DNA of 64,000 nucleotides from positions 34,606,304-34,670,303 of the forward strand of contig NC_092671.1 of NCBI RefSeq assembly GCF_964355755.1, written 5' to 3'. This DNA is from Antedon mediterranea. Its lineage: Eukaryota; Animalia; Echinodermata. The position numbers and the translations under genes are program-made. Shown here piece by piece: positions 53,324 through 64,000 of the stretch (its first letter is position 1; the number at the start of each line of letters is the position of its first letter). Below the pieces are notes generated by a model, which worked only from the letters and a program-made list of their open reading frames with translations, was not told the origin of the DNA and ran no database searches.

Positions 53324-53970
53324 CTGCAAAGAATATTATAAATCATCATCTATAATTTTTTTATTTATTGCAATATCCTGACAATATATGCCTCAGAAAT
53401 TACAGGCTAGGAACACCTATACGATGTAAGTCTTTAGATAGTGGTGCTGCACTGACTTAGAGAAAATGTCTGAAACTATCACAGGATTTTAACCAAAGAT
53501 CCTGAGATTGGTAAGCAATTATGTCTACCACCAAACCGCCATAGTGATACTCATCTATTCAATGACGTATTCAACAGACTGAGAGAAAACTGACAGAAAC
53601 AATGTCTATAGGAGAAACAATGACCTAGGGGGAATATTAATTTTATGCAAAAGAAAGGTAAAAACAAGTGACATGTTGAATACCTACATTATACATTATG
53701 TGGCTGCAGAAAACAGACATACGTTTTGTACAGAATCCAAAATGATTAGTGTGAATGAATCTACTCTTAAACATTAAACCGATTTTTCAGTGTGAACATA
53801 GCTATAACCACACTAGAGTGTGTGGTAAAATTGTATTACTGAAAATTATCAAACAAACTCAAATGGTAGTGATATGACATTATCGTTTCCATCCATATAT
53901 GGGCATGTCACATTTTGTTGTCACATAAATTTTGATAGTGTAGACAGAGCTTAATTCTAAGTAGCATCAC

Positions 53971-54177
53971 CTGTTCCATCTCTTTTCACTCTGTATATCG
54001 TGTTGTCTATTGAATTTGAATAGTAGATATACTCATTAGCTGCATCAAAGTCTATTCCAACTATATATCCTCTTCTTACACTCAGAGGTTGCATAGCATC
54101 GGTAGCTGATGAGTCTGGTGTTTTTACAGCTCCGTTAACAGTGTTTGGTGTTGTATACAACAAGAAATCCTGCAAGT
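53971..54177 (-). CDS. LRP2: LRP2 exon, propeller 2
   Basis: FLLYTT...VGIDFDAANEYIYYSN...VKRDGT; phase 1-1. Confidence 0.9.
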
Positions 54178-54469
54178 CTTTAAAAGAACACAAAATTCAT
54201 TAAACTGTAGAACATTCATTAAGGGGACACTTTTGGGATTCCAACAAATCCCCACCCCCCCCCCCCCCACTCTGTCCTTAGTGTTGAATAAGTGTCCAAA
54301 GGAGGGGTTCCACTGTATAGGTGCTTTTAATATTCTAGGACTAGGCGACAATTAACTCTACATTGCGGAAGCCTACAGTTGTCAGAAACTGAATGTAGTA
54401 CTTTCAATGGGATTAGTCTCTGTCTTAAATACAAAAACAGTCAATAGCAGGTAAAGATGATGAACTTAC

Positions 54470-54610
54470 AGACACATGTCTTTTCATCAGACTGCAGCTG
54501 ATACCCATTAGGACATCGACAGCGATAGCCAAGATCATCGTTGTAAGATAGATGCGATAGAATACAAAGATGTGAACATCCACCATTGTCTGTTCCGCAT
54601 GGGTTTGACA
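54470..54610 (-). CDS. LRP2: LRP2 exon, EGF
   Basis: [18 protein letters not shown]...[18 protein letters not shown]; phase 1-1. Confidence 0.92.
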
Positions 54611-54986
54611 CTGAAACCAAGATTATATATTAGGCTCTGTGTACACTATTAAACTAGTTTGACAAAAACGTATGATGTGCCCCAATACGGTAGTAATATT
54701 CCCAAATATGGTATCATGTCCGTATAAAATTGGCACATAAAGTTTGATAGTGTAGACTAGACTTAAGAATATATAAAATGCATACAAGTACCATACTATC
54801 TTAATTAGAAATAGACACACTTGCATGACAAACAAATTATGCTAATGTTCTCATGTTTGTTTCCTTCTTTATTTCCATTCACATAATAATTAACATACAT
54901 AAAGTACAAAGACAAAAAATAGAATGGAAAGGGGGAATCTCGGAAGCATAGCATGTGCTAGGCTTTACGCTCACAGACAAAACTAA

Positions 54987-55165
54987 AGCATGGTTCCCAC
55001 TAGCGACGCAACACAAGGACGTAACGTAACGCAAGTGAATTGATCAATCACACGCGATGGCTTATTCGCTTGTGATTGCTAACTGTCTATAACTTCGCAT
55101 GTCATTGGTTAAAACACTTGCGTTGCATTTACGTCCTTGCGTTACGTTCTAGTGGGAACCAAGCT
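54987..55165. mobile_element. MITE family B, copy 2
   Basis: Near-identical to 39659-39837. Confidence 0.85.
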
Positions 55166-55640
55166 TTAAAAAACTAGACTAATTATTCGATACCTGCACA
55201 GACAATTTTGAATGTTAGCCACTGAGCAAAATGCAATTTAAAGCTCTGTCTACACTATCAAACTAGTTTGATATGCCCAAATATGGTAGTAATATGCCAT
55301 CATCGTGTCCATATATGAGCATATCACATTTTTTTGTCACATAAAGTCTGATAGTGTTAAAAAGTTTGCATTTAAATTTTCCATGATGTAGCATTCTAGC
55401 TCATGGTAATCCAACCTCTAGTTAAGAAGGGGATAAAGCATCAAGAATAATTATAATACACATTTCTTAAACATTGTGTCTTTTTTATCGCTTGCAAGTG
55501 GTAATGAATTGTATGTGGGTTTGTTTTTTTAAGTTTCATGCATCTTTAACCATAGCTCAGTAACATTAAACCAATTTAAGGAAATTGTACTGTACATATA
55601 TAAAATGGATACTATGTGGTGTATATAAATAATTACTCAC

Positions 55641-55855
55641 CTGTGGGCTGCCTATTTGGATGTATTATTTTAGCACTATACGGTCTTATACTGCCAGTTG
55701 ATTGATGTAAAACTAACTTCTGGCTGTTGGTGAGGTTAAATCTATTTATCCTATTGATATTGAGGTCAGTCCAATCTGAATATACGGCATATTGACCGAA
55801 CACGGAAACATCGTATGGATGCGGCAATTGACTACCTCCTCTGTAAATTGTTTGT
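55641..55855 (-). CDS. LRP2: LRP2 exon, propeller 1 end
   Basis: PHPYDVSVFGQYAVYSDW...HPNRQPT; phase 2-1. Confidence 0.92.
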
Positions 55856-56595
55856 CTGAAAATTAATTAAGTATAATATCTGTTTAAATTTATATTTTGA
55901 AATACTAAATGAAAAAACATGTGTTGGAAATATAAAGTTATGTACTGTACATTGAAAAACGAAAACACAAAAGGAATATACAAGGAATTGTGTGATGTTA
56001 CATAACTATAGAGTCAACTCCAGTGCATATAGCACAAAGACTGATACACCGTGTAGAGAGTCCACATAATATGGCTCATCTTTTATGCAATATTCAATTA
56101 CTTTTAACAAGAAATTATTCATCGTATGGCCATTTTCAAGTGTATTGTTCTAATTTATGCTGTTTTGTTAGTATTCATAATAATGTCACCGACCCTGTAT
56201 ATATCCATGAACCAAGAATTGAGTTTAGTTTGGCAAGTGGGCTTTCATCAATGCCCATATATCATTCCCACATCTACAGTTTATAGGATACCCTAGGATT
56301 GGTCAATATCCTTTTGATAATAAAAAATATCACATACCTGTAGGCTCATTCTATAAATTGACAAGAATATAAGACAAAAATAAAAGACCCAGCTGTTATA
56401 TTATTTAAGGTAAGTATTGTTAAGGGATACCTTGGGACCAAATAAAGTGTATCCCCAATAGGGGTGTCCTCTTAATAGAAAGTTTCATGTGAAAGTTTCC
56501 ATTTAATAGGTGTCTCCTGAATAGAGTTGTCCAAAAGTTCTACAGTAATTGCTCTTTATTAATTGAATGGGAAAGTATCTCATTAATAGTGATTC

Positions 56596-57112
56596 CTCTG
56601 AATAAGGGTGTACCCTGAATAAAGGTATGTACCGAATAAGGGTGTGCCCAGAATAAAAGTGTGTCCTGAATAAGGGTATGCTCTGAATAAAGGTGTGCCC
56701 TGAATAAGGGTGTGCCCTGAATAAGGATGTGTCCTGAATAAGGATGTGTCCTGAATGAAGGTGTGCCCTTAATAAAAGTGTGTTCTGAATAAGGGTGTGC
56801 CCTCAATAAAGGTGTTTCCTGAATAAGGGTGCACTGAATAAGGGTGTGCCCTAAATAAGGGTGTGTCCTGAATAAGAGTGTGTCCTGAATTAAGGCGTGT
56901 CCTGAATTAAGGCATGTCCTGAATAAAGGTGTGCCTTGAATAAAGCTGTGTCCTTAATAAGAGTGTGCCCTGAATAAAGGTGTGTCCTAAATAAGGGTGT
57001 GCCCTGAATAAAGGTATGTCTTGAATAAAGGTGTGCCCTGAATAAAGGCGTGTCCTGAATAAGAGTGTGCCCTGAATAAATATGTGTCCTAAATAAGGGT
57101 GTGCCCTGAATA
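56596..57112. repeat. 17-bp minisatellite, about 30 copies
   Basis: Unit cctgaataagggtgtgc. Confidence 0.9.
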
Positions 57113-57162
57113 ATGGTGCTCCGTATATGGATGTCCCGAAGCATTGTATTTTGCAAAATCAC

Positions 57163-57360
57163 CTTTTTAAACCATCGTAAGTGACAGAATCTAAAATGTC
57201 TAGTTTTCCGTCAACCCAATAAACACGTTTCGCTGCCATGTCTAATGATATTCCATTAGGCCAGTACACCCTGGTGTCAACAAGTGTCAAGAAGTGACTT
57301 CCGTCCATGTACACCCTGTCAATACGATGCTGTGATCCATAATCTCCTAAAAACATGTAT
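57163..57360 (-). CDS. LRP2: LRP2 exon, propeller 1
   Basis: YMFLGDYG...WPNGISLD...VYWVDGKLD; phase 2-2. Confidence 0.92.
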
Positions 57361-57448
57361 CTGGAAACAAAATTAATAAAACATGTGTATTCAACAATAG
57401 AAGCACAACATTTTAATAAATTACCATCTATTGGCTTATGCTAAAATA

Positions 57449-57483
<35 letters not shown>

Positions 57484-58542
57484 TATAAATCTAGTTTTTG
57501 TATATAGAAGTTCACTGTGAAACTTATGAATTAAGGCAATATTTTTTTATTATATAACAAAAAAAATAATTTGTTAAAATGCATCTGAAACACCAGCATT
57601 TAGATTCATTTGGAAAAGCAGTGTTATATAACTGATATGGGTACTTACTCAAACGAAATGAAATAAATAAAACATTAAATTATAAACATTCTAAAACAAA
57701 AGGGTAGAAATATAAAAGACAATGTAGAATTCTAAAAAAAAAGAATAAGAAACTTTTATTATCATAAAATAATGTGCCACAAATGATGATGTAAGGATGT
57801 ATGGGCAAAATAGTCACTAGGCACTTATACATGGAAGGAAGGAGAATGCGGATTGAGGAAGGGGTTGGAAAGGGGGTATCATAGGGTTGTTGGGGCTGTG
57901 GTAGTGGTCTCTAAAAATGACCAGAATTGTACTGGGAATGTTTTAAACTTTAATCACCCTCATGTAGGGGGTTGAGGGTTTGGTGGCGTAATGGAGTATC
58001 TAATGACATGAATTTTACTTGGAATGTTTTAAACTACCGAGTAGTAAATATATCATATCATATTAATTGATTTTAAGGCAAATTTTTGCTTCAAGTTTAA
58101 ATTTCATAATGATCTGTAAATCTATCTTGATCTAGGCTAGAGCTGATTCTTAATTCTCAATGTCAAACCCTTTAATACAGTTATTTATAATTAATCTGTC
58201 CCATTTATTATTATCCTCAAACCACTTCTATTTTTCTTGTGATCCATTTCTATTTTTCTCTAGTAAGTACCTTGGATTTGTTTATTTGTATATTGTTCAC
58301 TACACACAATTAAAATAAATTTAATACATAATTTTTTTAACACAAAAAAGAGTTAAATAAAACAGATACTGTAAATAGATTTGCACTCTATACAGTAACA
58401 GTAGGCCTACATTAGAACTTCTGAGAACCAACAAAGAGTCCCCTTAATGAATAGAGGTTGGCTGTAAGGAATATTCTATTGTACAATAACCTCAAAGCAC
58501 AGTGGATTAGATATCCTATACAACAACTTTCATCTCCTCTAA

Positions 58543-58721
58543 AGCGTGGTTCCCACTAGCGACGCAACACAAGGACGTAACGCAACGCAAGTGAATTGAC
58601 CAATCACAAGCGATGGCTTATTCGCTTGTGATTGCTAACTGTCTATAACTTCGCTTGTCATTGGTTAAAACGCTTGCGTTGCGTTTACGTCCTTGCGTTA
58701 CGTTCTAGTGGGAACCAAGCT
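58543..58721. mobile_element. MITE family B, copy 3
   Basis: Near-identical to 39659-39837; TAA TSD. Confidence 0.85.
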
Positions 58722-59916
58722 TAAAGATTCCTTCATGTCGTAAAGACTGTTTGGTGTGCAGATTTTGGCAAAAATAATTCCACAATATGGCCACCAGTTA
58801 AAAAAGTGTTGGTTATGATAATGCATATAACCTAATAATAATAGCAAATTGCTTCAATCAACAAGGTAGAAATTAAACATGTCTTTTCTAAACTTGTACA
58901 GTACTGTATCTCAATTATTGTGTTGCATTGTACAACAATATCACATCTGTTTTGATTTGCAAAATTGGGAAATTTCTTTTACAGTACAGTACCTCAAAGG
59001 TCTATTCGTACATTGTACAATACAATTACCATTGTTAAAATTGTGCTCATGAAAGATTTTTTAATAATACCTGTATCAAACTTTCCTTTTAAAATTTCTT
59101 TTCAACAACCAAACCTCTTTTTAATATCCTTTTCAAACTTAAATTTTTAAACATATTTAGATATTTCAGAATTATTACACGTTTTTAGACATACATTCGC
59201 AAACCTTGCAAAAAATCTTTGGAGAAATTATAGTTGGGCACCATTTGATATGCATTTGCTGTGATTGGTCAGTAAAAAAAAACAACAGCAGCTACACTAT
59301 TTTGGAACGATGAATAGAATGCAATGTAGGAAATAATCAAAGTAAGTTGAATGCAAAGACCAACTTTTGGTTGTTTATATCTCAATGAGATTGTATGTGG
59401 TTTTGTATTATAATGTTCTTAGTCTATATATAATAATATTGTTAAATTTAATATATCAATGTTTTTCTCCTTGAAATTTTATATTAATGTTTTAATATTT
59501 GTAATCAACTCGCTATTCAAGAGTACATACCTACTATTGCAAAATATATATTTTTATTCAGTTAATCCATATTTATCCGTAAATCATTGACAAAAGGGAG
59601 GTTTCGCAACCTTACGAATACGATAACGAAATCCTCTCTATTGACTATAGGCAAGGGAAGGTAGGTCATTAAAAAAGGCAGTGCTCCAACTTTGGATGCG
59701 TAGTAGAAGAGTTATAAACAACGGTTTATTGAATACAGAATGATGAAATATAAATTGGAGAGACGATGTAATCGATTGAAAAAATAATCCCACAAGAGTT
59801 AAGCTGACAGTACATACATAACAGATCTCTATGGATTGCCTACAGAAATATGATACGTGATGTTTGTAAAAGATCTCTAAAACAGATTTTTAATCATGAT
59901 TAACTTCTGAGCTCAC

Positions 59917-60140
59917 CCTACAGTGGGATCAAGTGCCAATCCTCTCGGCTGCTCCAGTTGAGAAATTATTAATGAACTTTGACCTGTGCCGTTAAGCTCC
60001 GAGATAAAAACCCGATCAGATATGCTCTCCACAATATACAGCTTTTGTCCAATCCAGTCCACAGCAACGTTTTCAGGAACAGATCGACCAAGATCCATTA
60101 TCATTTCAGCCGAAGGATTTGTAAGATCACTTCTAAAAAT
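59917..60140 (-). CDS. LRP2: LRP2 exon, propeller 1
   Basis: PENVAVDWIGQKLYIVES...PRGLALDPTVG; phase 0-2. Confidence 0.92.
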
Positions 60141-60986
60141 CTAAGGATTTTTTAACAAAATAGAAATAATCCCAATTAAGAATAAGATGCTGACATTTTA
60201 AACAGAAATTAAGTTTTAAGAGTGCTTTAATAAAGTCAATACTAAAATGGGGACTTAACCCATTTTAAAAACAATGTCAAGTACTATCTTAACCGTGGGA
60301 ACTATCTTAATTAATGCAGTATACAAATTCTAGTTTAACAAATTATTGTCAACATATAAACCTATCCTATTATTGTCATTGTTAGTAAAAATTGTGAAAA
60401 TGAGAAAAAAAATGTTGCAGTAGCATATGACAGAAATCTATTTATCTAAAGAGTATACCTTTTGGACTTAACAAAGTGTCCTCTTAATAGGGTATCTCCT
60501 GAAACTGATAAGGCTCAAAATTATGGTAAATCCAGACTCAAACCAGAAACCAAATATCTACAAATAAACTTTTCTCATTGGATAAAAAATATATATAACA
60601 CCTAAATAAATTCCTTTCATTTTATCGGACGATTGTGGGTCACATGGCATGCAATAGTATGCACTACTGAACGGTCATTCAATAGTACTTTTTTCTTATA
60701 TAAAACAAAATTGATGTTTCATATTTGTGTAATGGTACAAATAATGGCATGAGGTGAATGATGAAAGGTTATATTTCATCATTCTATAATATTAGGTGTA
60801 ATTTTTAAATTTGTTAAAAAAAGAATAGAAGGTGGAGAATAAATTAGTTATGAAGCAATTTTAAATAAACACTAATATATAGAAAATTTGACTATACTAT
60901 ATGTTATATATTATATAATGTATTTTTAATTGACCAAGAAGGGGTTAAATATCTGTTTTCACTATGATTTGCTGCTTAGGTCTTAC

Positions 60987-61147
60987 CTGGTCTAGTGTGT
61001 TATCTGTCCAATAAACTTTATCATTAGCATAATCAACATCCAAACCAATAGCTCGTACACCCTGTAATATCTCTCGTTTGTTAGTTCCATCTAAATTTGT
61101 TTTGTAGATAGATGTACCAGAAGAAAATATGACATAGGGACTTGGAG
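60987..61147 (-). CDS. LRP2: LRP2 exon, propeller 1 start
   Basis: PSPYVIFSSG...DKVYWTDNTLDQ; AG/GT, phase 1-0. Confidence 0.9.
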
Positions 61148-61572
61148 CTGAAATAAAATAAACATTAAAATATTCTTCATCCTTATTCTTCTTAAATAGC
61201 TGTCTTATTTCAATAACACTGACTATTACATTCGTAATATACTGCTTTATTTATATTGATATATTTTAATTGAGAGATTAAAATGTAATAGTACCAGACA
61301 TACTCTATGTTATGCTTTGTTTCTGTTTGATTTTTTCTCTCTTTTAAAAATTTGTTTGCTGCCTCTTGAAAGTTAATTTTTTTAATAAAACTGTTTAGGA
61401 CTAATAGAATCATTCAATCTAATAGTTTTTAATTAGCAATAATAGTTTAAAGTAAGAACTATATTTTGTATATATATCAAAATAATTGTAATTTCAATTA
61501 TACTACTACATTATCTCCTTATTGTCAAAATACATTACATATTCAAATTAACCAATAGATGATTATGTTAAA

Positions 61573-61733
61573 ATAACATAGTTGAAAACCGACTCCAAAT
61601 AACGAGAGGCAAGCCATGATTCAATGTTTCGATCTTTTTTTCGATTATTCCTGATAATGATCAAATAAAGATCAAAATGTTGAATCATGGCTTTTGCCTC
61701 TCGTCATTTGGAGTCAGTTTTATACTATGTTAT
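61573..61733. repeat. About 160-bp foldback palindrome (MITE-like)
   Basis: ataacatagt..aaac.gactccaaat.acgagaggcaa...ttgcctctcgt.atttggagtc.gttt.actatgttat. Confidence 0.8.
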
Positions 61734-62740
61734 ATTCAAATTATATCTGACCAAAAAGTCAAATATAGATTTTACTGATTACACACAATAAAGATAATTT
61801 ATATTATTATACCCAAACTGGCAGGTTATAAGAATAACATACTTGATCAGACAGAGTAATAATATAGCTCAGGGCATGATACCCAAGAATGAGGTCAAGA
61901 TCAATTTTTATTTTTAGGATTATGAAAATCTGGAAAAGATGAATTTGAAATAGAAACATGTTTAAAATAGATTAAATTAATCCTCAGGCAAAGTAAATGA
62001 AGTTCTAGGTCTGAAAAAGAGGAAGATTGCGGGCAACAAGTTCCCTACATCCAAAACCCTCACTGTGTTTACATATAAGAACAGACACTCGTACAGATGG
62101 GAGGCTTACGTGATAAAAAGAAAATCCTATTGAAGTTCCCAGTAAAGCTCTGTCAACACTATCAAATTTTATGTGACAAAAAAATGTGATGTGCCCATAT
62201 ATGGACATGATGCAATATCACTACCATATTTGGAAATATCACTACCCTATTTTGGAACATCACACTTTTTTTGTCAAACTATTTTGAAAGATTTTATGGT
62301 GTGGACAGAGCTTTGGAATAAAGCAGGAAATAGACCATAATTGTTAATAGCAGTGAAACTTCCATTACTTTTGTAATGTATAGTTTGTGTTATGGGAATC
62401 AAAAATATTTTATACCATCAAGGCACAAAATCAAAATAAGCAGGACATTGGCCCAACAGCAATATTAATGTTATATATTAATATACAAATATGGATGTTT
62501 TAGACTCTTCTATGGATATGAGATACAAAAATATATATATCAGATATACACCAAACATTTTTAAATTGTTTTAATAGTTTATGTTGTTTGGAGCAACAAC
62601 GAAACATGTTTGCTAATTTTATTATTCCACAGTGACATTGTCCATGACATCACCACTTTGGTGTCAATCAAGGACTTACGAAAGCTGGAAAACTTGAAGA
62701 TAATAATAATAATTTAGGCTTATATAGTGCATTTACAGTA

Positions 62741-64000
62741 CTAGATGGCACGCTCGCTTCGCTCGCGTACCATCTAGGTCGTGCCCACAGATGGTTCTCG
62801 AATACACAGTATTTCCAGTGAGAAAAAAATGGAGATTTCAAATGTACGTACTGCAGGACTATAATACATTGTCGTTTACAGAAACGAATAAATATACACA
62901 ATGATTTATGTAGTCAACCAAAATTAGCACCCTGGGAATTACTTCCGAGAGAGAAACAAAATGAGTCAAATTTTTTTATTTGGACTCATTTAAACAAACC
63001 CAATTTGTGTTTTGTATGTAACATTAGGCCTAAGGGTTGAGGGATGGGGGAAGAAGATAGGTACAAAGAGGAAACATTTTAAAATATATTCCTATCCACT
63101 CAGTAACGAAATATTGTTTTTAATGTTTTATAGGCCTATAAATAATATACCACTAAATACAGTAAAACATTTACGATTTAATACTTTGTTAAAACTCTCA
63201 CTGTCATAGTCGAATGAAATAGTAAAGTACATGTAACGATACACCCTACGACGTTTATATATTTTTAAATTATTAATACAAACGTTGAGAAGCAACTGTC
63301 AGTAATAACGTTTATTTATTTGTATATTATATGTTTATAATCTAACAGTAGGGCCTACCCACACTCACAGTAATACAGTTTATTTGTATATTTGTTTATA
63401 TTATATCTAACAGTACCAACACTCACAGTAAGAAATTTGCGATTCAAATTGCGATCAAAAGTGGTTAATACCTTAACAGTATTGTACAGCATTGCAATAC
63501 TATTTATGTTTATTCTCCAAGGGGGCCCATAAATCTAAATCTATACCTGTATGGTTAAACCAAATAATTTGGAATGTTCCATTCATCACAAATCAATACA
63601 TTTGTAAAAACGTATATTACGTGTATCAAAATAGCATTTTTTAAAGAAAATCGGCCTGTCTTCAACATTATGATGCTGTACTCGAACTCTTCAACCGGTT
63701 TTCAGCTATTAAAAACAATTATCGCAGGAGGAGATAGGAAAATGCGAAGTGTCCTCGTATTATTGTGTGCGGGTATTTTTCAAATTGACATCCATTAGAC
63801 AGTGTATACCACGATCGGAAAACACCCCTATTTGGGGCAAATCGTTGAACCTAAATTCGTTTTAATCGTCAATAACTAATTATCGAACTCAATTTAATTA
63901 GTAAACAGGGTTACATCAGGTGGTTAAAATCAGTACCGAAAGTACGAACCAACTTTATATACCATCGAGTGAACATTCTAGAAATAACGCACGATTTACC
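62741..64000 (-). mobile_element. Probable Helitron-like element: 3' end at 62741, extent uncertain
   Basis: Minus-strand CTAG|T terminus with GC hairpin ctagatgg...cgcttcgctcgcg...ccatctag; higher CpG content to the right. Confidence 0.45.

Larger units (their letters stand above)
1..61147 (-). other. LRP2: LRP2/megalin-like gene, partial (49 exons in window; continues past both ends)
   Basis: Phase-consistent GT-AG exons give propeller-EGF x2, 8 LDLa, 2 EGF, propeller-EGF x4, then 7 LDLa. LRP1 shares this order, but the cluster III repeats ([22 protein letters not shown], insertion PKPGFSR) resemble recalled megalin sequence. Confidence 0.9.

Noticed and set aside
56540-57162. Two repetitive ORFs / CRISPR-like periodicity
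   Set aside because: Head-to-tail 17-bp repeats with no unique spacers, no cas genes, and a eukaryotic intron context.
1-61147. Assignment as LRP1 or LRP1B
   Set aside because: The domain order is shared in this segment, but repeat-level motifs match recalled LRP2 better. A phylogeny would confirm.
62678-62683. ttttccag|CTTTC|gtaagt possible 5-nt exon upstream of 61147
   Set aside because: Not frame-preserving for the expected phase 1-1 junction; a longer version has an in-frame stop and no EGF sequence. The next true exon probably lies beyond the window.

Overview
AT-rich animal genomic DNA; the repeat landscape suggests an invertebrate deuterostome such as an echinoderm (inference). The window lies inside one large minus-strand LRP2/megalin-like gene. 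I traced 49 GT-AG exons with consistent phases (about 7.66 kb of CDS, about 2,550 aa). They encode YWTD beta-propellers 1-2, an 8-repeat LDLa cluster II, an EGF pair, propellers 3-6 with EGFs, and the first 7 LDLa repeats of cluster III. The gene extends beyond both window ends. Introns hold many MITEs (Harbinger-, Kolobok-, piggyBac-, hAT- and Tc1-like), Nin/Deu- and CORE-type SINEs, two decayed LINEs and Helitron-like ends. The main finding is in the single oversized intron (8580-24795, about 16 kb): a putative alternative first exon (17554-17761) encoding a signal peptide and a Ser/Thr mucin stalk. It splices in frame onto the EGF exon before cluster III and predicts an N-terminally truncated 'half-megalin'. 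Three candidate micro-exons lie downstream of it. All splice calls come from reading the sequence by eye, with no expression data.
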